Part shown: one piece after another, positions 51,494-63,869 of the stretch
How positions within the stretch are numbered: the first letter of the stretch is position 1
Layout of the letters: every line of letters begins with the position of its first letter
Source of the DNA: Callorhinchus milii
Lineage: Eukaryota
Reading direction: 5' to 3'
Assembly: GCF_018977255.1 (NCBI RefSeq)
Contig: NW_024704743.1
Coordinates: 97,838,001-97,902,000, forward strand
DNA: 64,000 bases
The notes under the pieces: generated by a model
The model's input: the letters and a program-made list of their open reading frames with translations, nothing else
The model's database searches: none
What the model was told of the DNA's origin: nothing
Position numbers and translations under genes: made by a program

Positions 51494-51817
51494 GTGGAGT
51501 GCTGTAGCTCTGTGGTTAGAGCACTCGCCTCACAAGCTAGAGACCTGGGTTTGATTCCCGGCAGGATGAAATCTTGGGCAAGTTTCCTTATTCCGCACGT
51601 CTGATAATAATCCCTCAAGGGAAAAAAAACAATAATAAATTGGTCACTTCAATCCACGACTGTTTGTGGGACAATGCTGTGTGCAATTGGATGCTGCGTT
51701 TCACTCACAAATATACAGTCAATTCATTTTACAGTATATTCTGTGAAGCGCTTTGAGACATCTAGAAGACGTGAAAAGCGCTATATCAAATGCAAGGATT
51801 ATTATTATTATTATTAT
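51494..51817 (+). mobile_element. tRNA-SINE, short form (second of a tandem pair)
   Basis: Begins about 10 bp after the tail of the previous copy. Confidence 0.95.
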
Positions 51818-52029
51818 GAAGAAGAATACTTTCAGCCTTTATATTTGGGATCCATCCATGAAGTATCCGAGAAGCCGAACACTGGCCTCCTACCCCATGG
51901 ACTCCAATGCTTGGGTTTCCACTGCTGGTTGGAAGATTACTGGTGTTCGAGGAGTTGATTTAGTAAAGTTAATATGTCACTAACTGACACGTCAGTGATC
52001 TTGACACACTTAAGCCAACAATTCAACCC

Positions 52030-52195
52030 TGTAATAATAATCCTTTAATTTGGTATAGCAGTTATCATATTATTGAGACATCTCAAAGTGCTCCACAGGA
52101 TATACCGTGTAGTGGTGTGAATATGTGTATTTTGTGGACAAAATGCAGCAACCAATTTGCAAACAGCAGTGTCCCACAAATAGCCATTGAGTGAT
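52030..52195 (-). mobile_element. SINE 3' fragment
   Basis: AATAATAATCCTT..CTCAAAGTGCT..CAGCAGTGTCCCACAAA. Confidence 0.75.
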
Positions 52196-53071
52196 GGACA
52201 TCACCATTGCTAACAGTGTCGGGAGGGGGTTCAGGACACAAACATCCGGGTACATTTAATCTGTTAAATAACAAATGTACTGCTAACTGAACCCTTGCAT
52301 GAGAAATTACACTAAATGGTCACAGCATGACCAGCTTCTAATTCACACACTACTTACCTCCATAGTCATAGCGATTGTTCTTGTCAAGCCTCCAGATGTG
52401 GAGCAACCTTCACCTTCAGCATCTCAGTCTTCTGAGACCGAACAGCAAGAATTGTCTGAAGTTGCTCGGAGGATGCCCCGCTGTTGCTGCTGACAGGCCT
52501 ACAGGTCACCAGCGAAGAAACTATAATCTCCAAACGGGTCTCACTCTGCAAAGGAAGCACAAGGCAGGAGCACTGACATTACACCACAGTGCAGCACACA
52601 GTCAGGGGTGGAAAAAGGAAACAAATACCAGATTGTAGAGACCAGGAGCGCAATCTAAATAATAAATCACATTTTACTGCATATAATTTATTGTTGTTTT
52701 CTCAATGATCTTTTTCCAGGTTATTGAATAATGTATTAATTGATGTAACTGGCACATGGGTAACATTAAATATCGTGGCAGCTATGAGGCACATAGAAAC
52801 AGAAGGTCAGGAGCAGGCCAGGAAAATTTGTTCAGAGAGGTCCAGACAGATATAACATGTGGGGCATGAAATGCTCTTAGGCTTAAGATTGTTGTCTTAA
52901 AATGTAACATTGGGAAGAATGTTGAAAGACATAAATTGAGACGTAATTCAGAAGCCGACTTTCCACAATTCTTTTTGCACATCCACAGATAAGTAGAAGT
53001 CAGACTTTTTTTCTTTAACATGGGAACTGACCTTAAGACTTTTTCCTCCAAATTCTGCAGAATTTTACATT

Positions 53072-53472
53072 GTGTCCGCCTGGCTCAGTTGGTAGCATTC
53101 ATGCCTTTGAGTTGGAAGATTGTGGGTTGAAGTCCCACATCAGGACTTGGAACCCATAAAGAACAAGCTGACTCACCAATGCAGTGCAAGAGTTGAAGGT
53201 TCCATCCCTCGGATTAGATTTTAACCAAGGTCCCGTCTGCCTGTCCAGGTGGATGTTAAAGATCCCATAGCACTATTAGAAAAGAGAAAGGAGATTCTCC
53301 TGATTTCCTGGCCAATAATCCCCCACAGAAAATTGGTCACTCACTCGATAGCTGTTTGTAGGACTTTGGCTGCGTGCAAATTGGCTGCCGTGTTCACCTA
53401 CAAAATCCAGTCACAACAGTTTACAGTATATCCTTGAAGTGATTTGAGAAGTCAAATGCAAGGATTATTATT
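53072..53472 (+). mobile_element. Deu-SINE, near full length
   Basis: GCCTGGCTCAGTTGGTAGCA head; GGTCCCGTCTGCCTGTCCAGGTGGATGTTAAAGATCCCAT; TGCAAGGATTATTATT. Confidence 0.88.
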
Positions 53473-54049
53473 TTTATTATTAATATTAATTGAAGGCTAA
53501 AGGTCTTAAGAATAAGAGAATGTCAAATTTTGGGCCACTGTTGGCGATGATCACCTCTGACTCACAGTGATATGTCTTCACTTTACTTGGTTCAACTATA
53601 GCTTGTCTGTGCAGTTCGTAAGTAAGTCAACCAGATACCTCTGCTTTTGACAATATTATGGAGCATGCAACAAATCGTCCCGTTTGATCCCATCCTTCCA
53701 GAAAAACCATCCTACTGTTCCACCATCACAGCATCAAGCTGCGTTTTAAATGAGTCCAATGGCCTGGCCTCAACCACCCTTCCAATTCCAGGTCCTTCTA
53801 AAAAAAACTTGGTATCTGCTCTGAAATTGCCCTATGCAAACTCTGAACCTCTGTTCTCTTGTTCTATCGTATTGCACTGTGTGATTCGAGTTTATGACAG
53901 ATCAAGCAGAGTGCTGATAATCTATAATCCTTGCATTTCATATAGTGCCTTTCACATCAGAAGGATGTGTCAAAGCGCTTTACAAGATTTCCTGTCCACT
54001 GATTAGATATTTTGTAGGTGAACGTGATACATTAAAATATAAATGTAAT

Positions 54050-54210
54050 ATGGTGTTCAAAAGCAAATAACAGGTATTGCCTACTGCACATGCTTTACAT
54101 GGTATTGGGCAGGGCTGTGGGATTGAAAGTACAGTACTTGTTCTGAAAGCCGGTGCTGTCTTGATGGGGCAAATGGCCTCCTTCTGCACTGTAAAGTTCT
54201 ATAATTCTAC
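54050..54210 (+). mobile_element. CR1 3' end fragment
   Basis: AAAGCCGGTGC..TTGATGGGGCAAATGGCCTCCTTCTGCACTGTAAAGTTCTAT. Confidence 0.65.
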
Positions 54211-54339
54211 GATAAACGAAGGCCATAATTTGACATCTAAGTCATTTGTATGACAAGAAAGAGGCTGCCACTTAATATGAATGCTACTATCTAAGCACCA
54301 TACTGTTCCTGGTTGCTTTCTAGCCACATTCTACTTTAA

Positions 54340-54452
54340 AAGTCTGGTCACGCATCCCAATTTCCCCATGTTTTTACATATCATTGTGTAGCCATTAAAA
54401 TTAATAGCAGGTGGGATTCCACCCCCAAAGGTTCTTGTTGTTGACCTGAGGC
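54340..54452 (+). repeat. 113-bp direct repeat, copy 1
   Basis: About 90% identical (11 mismatches, no gaps, by eye) to 56175-56287. Confidence 0.95.
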
Positions 54453-55297
54453 CCTGGTCACAGATATACTTCCAATTTCTGCCTTAGTTATTGGTGCAAA
54501 AAATTTGCTCAGTAATGTATGCATGACATCCTGTCACCTGGACTCAGTCTTATGAAAATGCAGAGATAATAGGTCAAGTTCTGTACAGTTATGCTACATG
54601 GCGCTTCTAATGTATCTGTCACCAAACAGGATTAACACACTATTACAAGTTTAAATGAAGTATAATTTTTTAAAAAAACAATACGAGAGTCTACATTACT
54701 AAAGTGAATTTCAATTATTGGGATTTCTTTCAATGTCTTAGCTCAAGAATATTTTTTCTTAACTCTTAATTATATGACACACGTGGATTTATCATTTAAC
54801 CTTTCTATTCTGTCAATTGCTTCCTTTGACAGTGTTTCATCTGAATCTCTGTCAGTCATGCGTGCACTTTATTGTCATGTTGAAGTCACCCCAGGCATGC
54901 TTGCAGACCCCCTCTAAATGAATAATAATGTATTCAAAACACCGGCAAATCTAGAGCACCAATCACTATTAAAAATAATGGACATCTTCTGTAGTAAGTT
55001 CAAAGAAATATTGTCATTTTAAATGTTTTGGCGAAAATAATCAAAATAAATTCTGTCAGTGTCACTTTACGCTTCTGAGTGACGCTGACTGGAATCCACA
55101 CCAACCTCAACAGAGTTTCTCGTGACAGCAACAAAAAGGACGAAGAAGATAATACCTGGAAATTTTTTAATACCTGGAAATATTGTCCAATCTTTTGTAC
55201 CAAAGTTTTTTTCAGATACAAATTTGTTGCTTTAGAGCATCTAAACAATGCAAGAAATTAAAAAATGAAACTCAGATAAAATTCAGATAAAAAGGAA

Positions 55298-55555
55298 AGA
55301 ATCATAGAAATTTACAGCGCAGAAGGAGACTATTTGGTCCATTTAGTCTGCAATGGTACTCAGATCAAGCTATTCATTGAATGCCACTGCTCTGTCCTAG
55401 ACCCATAACCCTTCAAGCTTCTAATGCTCATGTACCTTTCCACTTCCTTGTGAAACCCACAATGAACTCTGTTCCTACCACCCAACAACTCTCTGCATAA
55501 AAAAAATCTCCTACGGTTTCCTTGCCATCTTTTTGTGACTATCTTATATCTATGT
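55298..55555 (-). mobile_element. CR1 3' end fragment
   Basis: AATCATAGAAATTTACAGCGCAGAAGGAGACTATTTGGTCCAT..CCCATAACCCTTC..CATGTACCTTTCCAC. Confidence 0.65.
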
Positions 55556-56174
55556 CCCAATGTGCTTTTGCTCACAAGTCAAGGGAGAAGATGTATGGGT
55601 CTTTTATGACTTGCTTCTTTAGGTTCAACCACAAAGCTGCAGGTAGGAAAATACCATAATTCTGCGAATTGTTTTAGCAGGAACACTACCACCAGTGCAG
55701 ATGTGAATTAAGACCAATGTAATTGCTGGCACTCTGGATCTAATTTAGTTATGCATCCCAAGTGACATTTATTTACTGATTATTTAATAAAGGCTGGATT
55801 CTGGCGCCAACCTCAGAGCCCTCTTGATGTTCTTCCTCTCGTAAACACTAAACTATTAGTAACGGATGATCTCATTGAGAATATCTAAAAATGTCCCTGA
55901 ATAATTTGAGGTATGAAAGAATTTGGCCACTGTCTTTACCACAATGTCCTCACCATCTTGAATCTGAGCGCCTTTACACCTAAGTATGAACAGTTTGGAA
56001 AACAATGTCTTTTCAACCATCTTACATCTCAGAGCCCCTGCTGTTGATTGCTGGCTATCTATTTCTATATACATACAGTAAGTAGCTTGACAACTTTCAA
56101 CTTAAAAAGTTGCTGAGTTGATGATCAATGGAATATACTTTTATCACTAATGAAAAATCTGGGAGCAGCATCCC

Positions 56175-56287
56175 AAGTCTGGTCACAGATCCCAATTTCC
56201 GCATGTTTTTACATAACATAGTATAACCATTAAAATTAGTAGCAGGTGGGATTCCATCCTCAAAGATTCTTGTTGTTGACCTGAGGC
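56175..56287 (+). repeat. 113-bp direct repeat, copy 2
   Basis: See copy 1 at 54340-54452. Confidence 0.95.
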
Positions 56288-56351
56288 AATATTGAAAAAT
56301 GCCTTGTAAGATACTTTATAACATGTTATGACAACTGCTGATGATATAACT

Positions 56352-56882
56352 GATGAAGAGTAGGGAAGTCTTGCTGCAGTTGTATAAGGCCTTGGTGAGA
56401 CTGCACCTGGAATATTGTGTGCAGTTTTGGTCTCCTTATCTAAGAAAGGATATACTCACCTTAGTGCAACTTGGGTTCACTAAGTTGGTTCCTGGGATGC
56501 GGGGGTTGACCTACGAGGAGAGGTTGAGTAGACTAGGCCTGTATTCTCTAGAATATAGAAGAATTAGAGGTGATCTTATAGAAACCTATAAGATTCTTAA
56601 GGATCTTGACAGGGTAGATAGTGTGAAATTGTTTCCCCTGGTTTGGGAATCTAAAACTAAGGCTCATAGTCTCAGGATTAAAGGTCAGCCCTTTAGATCT
56701 GAGTTGAGAAAACATTCAAGACTGAGATCAATAGTTTTTGAAAAACTAAAGGGATTAAGGGATATGGGGATAGGGCAGTTAAATGGAATTAGGTTAGAAG
56801 ATCAGTCATGATCTTATTAAATGGCAGGGCAGGCTCGAGGGGCCGAATGGCCTACTCCTGCTTCTATTTCTTATGTTCTTAT
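56352..56882 (+). mobile_element. CR1 LINE 3' fragment (ORF2 C-terminus + 3' UTR)
   Basis: KSREVLLQLYKALVRLHLEYCVQFWSPYLRKDI..YEERLSRLGLYSLEYRRIRGDLIETYKIL; tail GGCTCGAGGGGCCGAATGGCCTACTCCTGC..TTCTTATGTTCTTAT. Confidence 0.95.
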
Positions 56883-57392
56883 ATCAAGCAATGAGGGAGG
56901 TGAGACATGGTCCAGCTCTTTACAGTGCTGAGAGGTGTAAAGATGTTAGATCATGCCAGTAGAACTAGAGAATATAGATTTGACTACATGATTAGAACTT
57001 AGAAAGATTTATCAAATTAATTGTTGTAGGTTAGGTTAACTCGGGTTAGGAGGCCATGACCAACCACATCTCTACTCAGACACTGATCTCAGTTTCGATT
57101 CCTATGAATTTGACATTCAAGTGGAATTCCAAAGGACTAGCCGTGACACAACTGGGGTTCACTATTTAAAAATCCTATTTGAAAATCTAATGGATTTGAC
57201 TCGTATTGACAGTTCAAATCCCTGACTGTCCAGCGCCTTGAAATGTCCTCCTGACGTGAAAGGCACTATACAAATGTTATTTTGTATTGAATTGAGAATT
57301 ATACAGGCTGAGATGATCATCCCGTAATTTACTGTTTTGGTTTCTGCAGATATTGAGACCGCAGACGGATCACAGAATATAACATTCAAAAT

Positions 57393-57629
57393 GGGGCTCA
57401 AAATGTCCCATGTTCTTAGGTGTAAGATCACTGCTTCAAAATTTCAGATCATGCAACATTTTGGAAAATATTCTTCATTTGGAAACCAATTTTCCATAGT
57501 TCTCTTTCATTTCTGCAAAACTACAGATTCCAAATTAAGATTGAATTTAAGATTTTCTTCCCCAAAATTCTATACGATTTAAAAATTGAAGTCAATTGGC
57601 TTAAGATAAGAACATTCTAATTTGGGCTC
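57393..57629. mobile_element. MITE-like element with imperfect terminal inverted repeats
   Basis: Left GGGCTCAAAATGTCCCATGTTCTTA versus right-end reverse complement GAGCCCAAATTAGAATGTTCTTA; AT-rich interior shared with other copies. Confidence 0.55.
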
Positions 57630-57755
57630 TCAGTGTGAATCACATCATGAATTTATATAGGTGGTCAAGGATGTTTCTCCAGAAAGGAGATGCTGCTTGC
57701 CTGAAAACTGGCTTAGTAAATCTCTTGCAGGTTTTAATAACCCATTATTCTTAAA

Positions 57756-58045
57756 GTGGAGTCCTATGTCTCAGTGGTTAGAGCACTTGCCTCGCAAGCA
57801 AGAGACCAGGGTTCAATTCCCGGCAGGGCAAAACCTTGGCCAAGTTTCCTTACTCCAAACTCCTGATAATAATCCCTCAAGAAAAAAAAACAATAATAAA
57901 TTGGTCCCTTCAATCCACGACTGTTTGTGGGACACTGCTGTGCGCAATTGGCTGCCGCATTTTGCCCACAAATATACAGTCAATTCACTTTTCAGTCTAG
58001 AAGACGTGAAAAGCTCTATATCAAATGCAAGGATTATTATTATTA
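57756..58045 (+). mobile_element. tRNA-SINE, short form, ~30-bp 3' deletion
   Basis: Head, body and tail present; left arm of the 3' hairpin deleted. Confidence 0.92.
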
Positions 58046-58296
58046 AAATGGGTTGTTTGAAGTCTGTAGCCGGAGGCGTATTTGCGCAATTGAGAATAGT
58101 TGTGCAATTCATCCATTTCCAATTATTATATCCAATACTGATACATCACAAAGAGAATGATGGCGGCAGAAGGCAAGAGACTGCTTGAAGAAAGAAACGA
58201 CAAATAGAAGCAGCAACTGGAAACCCATGTAACTAAACATAAGCTAAGCTTCTTAATATAATATGATAGAATATGATATAATACGTTACAATGTAT

Positions 58297-58735
58297 AATA
58301 ATCTTTGTATTTTTATATAGCACCTTATGAAGTCGCCAATACCCCTCAAAGCACTTTACAGGATTTACTATAAAGTGTAGTGACTGCATATTTGCAGGTA
58401 AATGATGCTGCCAATTTGCGCACAAAATGTTCAAAAGCCAGCCTTGAAGTGAATGACCAGTCTTACTTGAGGGATTTTCACACCAGGAGAAAATTCCTTC
58501 TCTTTGTCTAGTGCCGTGGACTTTGTTCTGAACATTGTCCTGAAAAGGCAGATGAGACCTTGGTTTATTAATAGTAATAATAATAATACTAAGCTTTGCA
58601 TTTGATACTGCGCCTTTCAAGTCAGCAAGACGTGAACATCTTAAACAAAGGACATTGGTGTGTCAGCCTATGCTATGAGTTCAAAATCTCTCCAATCGTC
58701 TGACTCAGAAGTGACAGTGCTACCAACTGAGCCAA
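58297..58735 (-). mobile_element. Deu-SINE interrupted by a short tail insertion (~58566-58636)
   Basis: Tail, Deu core reverse complement, head CTGACTCAGAAGTGACAGTGCTACCAACTGAGCCA. Confidence 0.78.
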
Positions 58736-58977
58736 ACAGATACTTTCTTAGGTCTACAAATATACGCATAAATTAAACACTAGACCGAGGGGCATTGGAA
58801 AGTAGAGTCAATTATATCTTTTACACAACATGTCCAGCTCAGAATTGCTTTTGTGAGCTTGCTAATAGACTACAACTTAGCATTAGTGTTTTCTGCTGCT
58901 TCATGTACAGACCCCGAAAAGACTATTAAAGTGAACCCAACTGGTCCACAAATAAATAAACAAATAATCTTGCACCA

Positions 58978-59200
58978 CACCAAGTCCAAAATTCCAACTA
59001 GTCTTACTCTGAACTTTAAGATTTGTAGAAAATTGGACAGAATTGTGGACATTTCTTAAATTCAGATTTAATTTAGATGTTGGCTTCCTTTTAACAACTG
59101 CAATAAAAATGGCTTCCAATTTAAGGCTGAAGTTAAAAATTTTCCACATTCATCAGGCAGAATCTTAAATTTTATGAGAAAATGATCTCACAGTCCAGGT
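58978..59200. repeat. Foldback element copy
   Basis: Arms TGTGGACATTTCTTAAATTCAGATTTAATTTAGA and TCCAATTTAAGGCTGAAGTTAAAAATTTTCCACA are imperfect reverse complements. Confidence 0.6.
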
Positions 59201-59397
59201 CCTGTGGCTCATGAAAGAAGTGTTAACTGCATATAGATATTGCCCAAATATATATGTGTAACAGTTACTGTGTTTACAATTAGTTCAAAGTGTGAACATT
59301 AATTTGCAGACTGAAAAGTTATCTGGCTCAGGAGCAATTTCAAACTACTTCAGGTTTGTCAACCTGCTACTCTTGGGTGTGTCAATCTGCTTCTATT

Positions 59398-59815
59398 GGG
59401 TGTGTCAGTCTTGCCCCTGGGTTCAAAAGATTGTGGGTTTAAGCTCTGCACGGGACTTTGAGCTCACAATTGACACTGCAATTTCAATGTAATGCTGGGG
59501 AGTGTTGCATTGTTGGAGATGCCATCCTTTGGAAGATGCATTAAACCAAAGTCCCTTTTTGCCTGTTCATGTGGATGCTAAAGATCCCACGGTATGTTCA
59601 AAAAGAAAGCATTTTCTCATGGTATACTGGCCAACAACTCTGTAGATAAATTGAAGATTCACTTCATTGGTGTTTGTGGAGTTTTCTCTGCACAAATTAG
59701 CTGAGCATTATGGCTACAAATACAGTCACTACGACAGCAATTACCTGTGGAGTGCTACATAATGTTTTGGTATTATAGGCACTAAATCAAATGCAAGGAT
59801 TATTACGTATTATTA
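59398..59815 (+). mobile_element. Deu-SINE
   Basis: TTGCATTGTTGGAGATGCCATCCTTTGG..GTGGATGCTAAAGATCCCAC; ATCAAATGCAAGGATTATT. Confidence 0.8.
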
Positions 59816-60414
59816 AGAACTTCACGCTTCTAAAAGTTAAGGAAACTTAGTCTTCATTTCTTTGTCTTTTTTTNCTGTGTTCTATAGCTTTTATTTCCTG
59901 ACACCTTAAATCATGTTCACAACAAAGTAATATGAACATTGGTCTGTGTTTTTTGATATGTTTTGAAAATTGGAAAATGTCACTGCTGGTTCCCAGAAGA
60001 AATCATTATTATCAAACACACAAGGAAACTGAGGTAATGCATTTCACTGTGGACTGTGTTCCCGATAAGAGTGTAATTCAGTCAAGCGTGCTTTAAAGGA
60101 AGCTTGCAATCGTGAAGAGTGTTTGGCAAATCTTTTTTTGTTTGCCTTTAAAAAGACTTTGATCACAAGGGTTGAACCCCAAAACATTTTTTAAAGTTGA
60201 GTTAAACTGCCATCTTGGGACCTGGCATTGAATGCCATGATCGTGCCTACCTGTAGAACAAATGGACAAATTCAGTGGTACCCGTGGGCTGTCTTCGGGT
60301 CCAGCTATTGTAGAGGCATTGCAAGGTGGGGAGATCGGTTAGAGTTAGACATTGGCTGAGACAACAACAAGGCCAGAATTTTCAACAATATGATAATGAT
60401 CCCTGATGATAATT

Positions 60415-60750
60415 AACACATCAATATCTTATCTTGCGCCCCAATATGCGGTCTCGCTCCCCCCTACTGCTGCGACCTCCTTCAATCCACTGATCCAGTT
60501 GCTCCCTTTGCTCAGGGAACAGTGGCCTGCTTCATGTTCTCCTCCATCTCTCCCCCAGCATCAGTGGATGGACATTCAATCATTCTACCCCCGCTCTTTG
60601 TAACTCCATTGTAACTCCGATTCATTCGTTCCTTCACCTTCTGAAAGGTGCATCTCAAGACATACCTCTTCCGTACCTTCCGTCAACTTTCCCCTTCCCA
60701 ACCCCCTCCGCAATTCCCACCCACAGCCAGCAGTGCAAAGTACCTTGGGA
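60415..60750 (+). mobile_element. Decayed L2 3' fragment
   Basis: LAPQY..; CCTTCTGAAAGGTGCATCTCAAGACATACCTCTTC (HLKTYLF-like). Confidence 0.6.
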
Positions 60751-61429
60751 GCTTGAACCTACAACTTTCTGACACATAGGTGGGATCTCTACCAACTGAG
60801 CAAGCTGACACCACAAAGTAATGAATACAACGTAATATTTTTTGCTGTTTCTAATAGATATATTAAATGGATGGTTTGTTTAATTTTAGAGTACAATATG
60901 GTTTCCCTTCAGAGAGCAGCACTTGAACATTTTTTTTTAACAGGACCTAATCCATACTGAGCATGATCAGCTCCTGGTGACTGAAGTGGCAGATGGGATG
61001 CAGCGTCTATCACATCTGTCACTGTTGTTAGATTATAGAAGTTATAGTCTAATAATAATGAATATTAAACAAATGGAGAAAGTACTGACACTCATGGGAT
61101 AGGACACATCTGGTTTTCTCTGTTTTTGAAAGAATAACAGGACAGCAATATATATTGCCTGGCAAATGACTTCAGACCATTGGTTGGTGAGGATCTATAG
61201 TTTGGGCTGATCAATCCACCCACAGTTTGAAAAATGACCTGGTGGAAAAGCAGGAATAGTGGAATAATTGGAATAATCCATTTCAAAAGTATATTTTAAT
61301 TGGAAAATATTATCAATGCCGCAATAATAACCACCAATCACGTTATTTATTTTCATGAAGTTAGGAATTGATTTGAGATAGCCTGAGATCAGGGAACCAG
61401 GGAAGGAAGTCATATTGTAAAATTACAAT

Positions 61430-61740
61430 TGGTCTGAAATTCCACCTAGTCTAAGCCATGCAGAAACATGGAAATTCTTAACTAAATTAAATGATTTTAA
61501 TTGTAATTCAATTATAAAATGTAATTATCGTATACAATTCAAATATAAAACATTTAATGATTTAATTGTTGAATTTAATTAGATTATTACATTTAATTAT
61601 GAGCTTTAATTTAAAACCCGGTTCTTTTTAAAAACTGAGGAAAAACAGGTTCCAGATCAAGAATGAATTTAAGTATTTTCCACAATTCTGCACAATCTTA
61701 AATTTTTTAAGACAAATAAGGTCTGGATGAAATCTTGAAC
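61430..61740. repeat. Foldback-family copy with expanded AT-rich interior
   Basis: TTTTCCACAATTCTGCACAATCTTAAATTTTTTAAGAC matches the 34291 arm; 61480-61620 is almost pure A/T. Confidence 0.55.
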
Positions 61741-62155
61741 CTCCAGATGGCAGAGGGTTTTGGAGCACAAGAAATTGATGTTTAAAATGTCTCTGTTCAG
61801 CGAGATGAGCAACTTAAAATATGAATGTTAAAGGAAGCCATCAATATTATTCAAGTTTGCTTTGCTCCACATTGAAGCAGGTAAAATGCATGTGTAAGGT
61901 TATTCCACAGTGTTTTCTCTTGACTCTGGATCCATCTTTCTGATTTGAGTAAGCTTGCTGGAAAAGGTCAGAAAATGCCTCTCTGCTGGAGTGGAAAATC
62001 ATAGAGAAGCCCAGGCTGACAGCTGGAGCAGCAGCCTGTCAGTTCCAGTGGAGGTGATTCCACCAGAGGTCTCATACAAAGTGACAGACTGGTGCAGCTT
62101 CCTTACCAAAGAACACCTCCACACAGGTCTGATGGGCCAAGCTTACCTATCTACA

Positions 62156-62460
62156 GGAGTCCTGTAGCTCAGTGGTTAGAGCACTCGCCTCGCCCCAGAG
62201 ACCTGGGTTCAATTCCCGGCAGGGCGAAACCTTGGGCAAGTTTCCTTACTCCACACTCCTGATAATAAACCTTCAAAAAAAAAAAATTGGTCACTTCAAT
62301 CCACGACTGTTTGTGGAAGACTGCTGTGTGCAATTGGCTGCTGTGTTTCTCCCACAAATATAGTCAATTCACTTTACAATCTATTCTGTGAAGCACTTCG
62401 AGACGTCCAGAAGACGTGAAAAAGCGCTATATCGAATGCAAGGATTATTATTATTATTAT
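62156..62460 (+). mobile_element. tRNA-SINE, short form
   Basis: A/B boxes, body, (ATT)n tail. Confidence 0.93.
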
Positions 62461-62639
62461 CTGTCCCTGAGCAGTGAGGCGGATTTTGCTAAAGCACACA
62501 GATACAATAGTGCCAAGTCTGCCTTTTAAAAAGATTGCGAGGCACTTTCTCATTGATTGCGTGCTTTCTCATTAAACACCCACAGCCCATGCCAGCAGTA
62601 CATTGTCATGACTCCAGCTTTGCAGAAAGTTATTCAAAT

Positions 62640-62780
62640 CATGAAAGTTGCCTGTTGGTGTGCATGAGAGAAGGGAATAAAGGGATGTGGAGTGAGGTCG
62701 TGTGGGCATATCAGGAGTGCAGGCTCATTGGGAGTATAAACACCAGATTGGGCTGAATGGCCTTTTTTCATTCCATAAGT
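62640..62780 (+). mobile_element. Decayed CR1 3' end
   Basis: ATGAGAGAAGGGAATAAAGGGATG..GGAGTATAAACACCAG..TTGGGCTGAATGGCCT. Confidence 0.6.
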
Positions 62781-62929
62781 CCTTTAGCTCATTGGCATTT
62801 TCCCACTGCTTGAGAGTCTCTCCACAAAGCTCACAAAACTAACTTCAATTAGCAACTCAAATCTGGTTTGTGAATACCCCATTTTAGACCCCATTTTCCA
62901 GGATAACAAAGACTGAATTTCAAACCAAT

Positions 62930-63195
62930 TTTATCTGTGAGATTGATTGTAAGGACATCGGGAGAAACTCCTTTCTCTTTTCGAATAGTGCCATGTGATC
63001 TTTAACATCTGCCTGAACAGGCAGACAAGGCTGTATTGGTCCTCTTTAACTGTATCTTCAGCCACACTTCCAACCCCATTCCCCCTGTCCTCCAATCTTC
63101 TTGATTCCAACCTCCAAACTCTTAACTGTCCAATGCCTTGGGACTTCCATGCCATGTGAAAGGCACTGTATAATTGTAATTTGTTGTTGTTGTTG
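62930..63195. mobile_element. Deu-SINE fragment (minus) plus L2 tail (plus)
   Basis: GGAGAAACTCC..TTCGAATAGTGCCATGTGATCTTTAACATC; GCCTTGGGAC..GTGAAAGGCACTGTATAATTGTAATTTGTTGTTG. Confidence 0.7.
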
Positions 63196-63869
63196 ACACT
63201 CAAATGTATATGTATTCTACCCTCGCTGGAGCAAGGCTACTGTAACACTGTGAATGTTTCTCTTTCACACATCAACCTTTTTATGAATTCTCTGAATTAC
63301 CAATTTATGTCAGATTGTGAACATATTGTACCATGAGACTGCACCTACTATGAACCAAGTTGAATCTGTGCAAATTGTTTAATAATAATCAGCATCAGAG
63401 TTAGGCAACTCATTCCGGGATGCATCAAACCACAGTACTAGAAGTAAAAGGACAATATGCTTGTTCATCCACTCTGCCGTCCAGGATACCATTTCCCCAA
63501 GTCTGTAATATTATAGAGCATTATAATCCCTTTGAAGGATGATTCAGGTCATGGTTCACTGAGCTGTTTTCTGACCATCACTTGCCAAGTGCGATTTTAC
63601 AGATGTGAGACAGAGGAAGTTTTTATTTCATCAGTCTGGGATTGCCAGATGGAGTTATTAGTGTCTGAGTCTTGGGTATTACTGGTAAATAACTCATTTA
63701 TGTATTTAGAGTTCTACATTGTAGTAAGAGCCGAGTTGTTTTCTGTGACTGCAATGTCATTTTCTGTTTGAAATGTTTATTTTTTCTGAACAAGAGAGAT
63801 ATTCAGAAGTGGGTTTCCAAAGATGGACTCAGATTAATATGCTGGAGAAACCTGGTATGTTGCGTGATA

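Noticed and set aside
57661..58620. 175-aa and 164-aa ORFs
   Set aside because: Read-through of SINE sequences; the same peptides recur at other SINE copies
59874..59874. Single N base
   Set aside because: Assembly ambiguity next to a T-run, not biology
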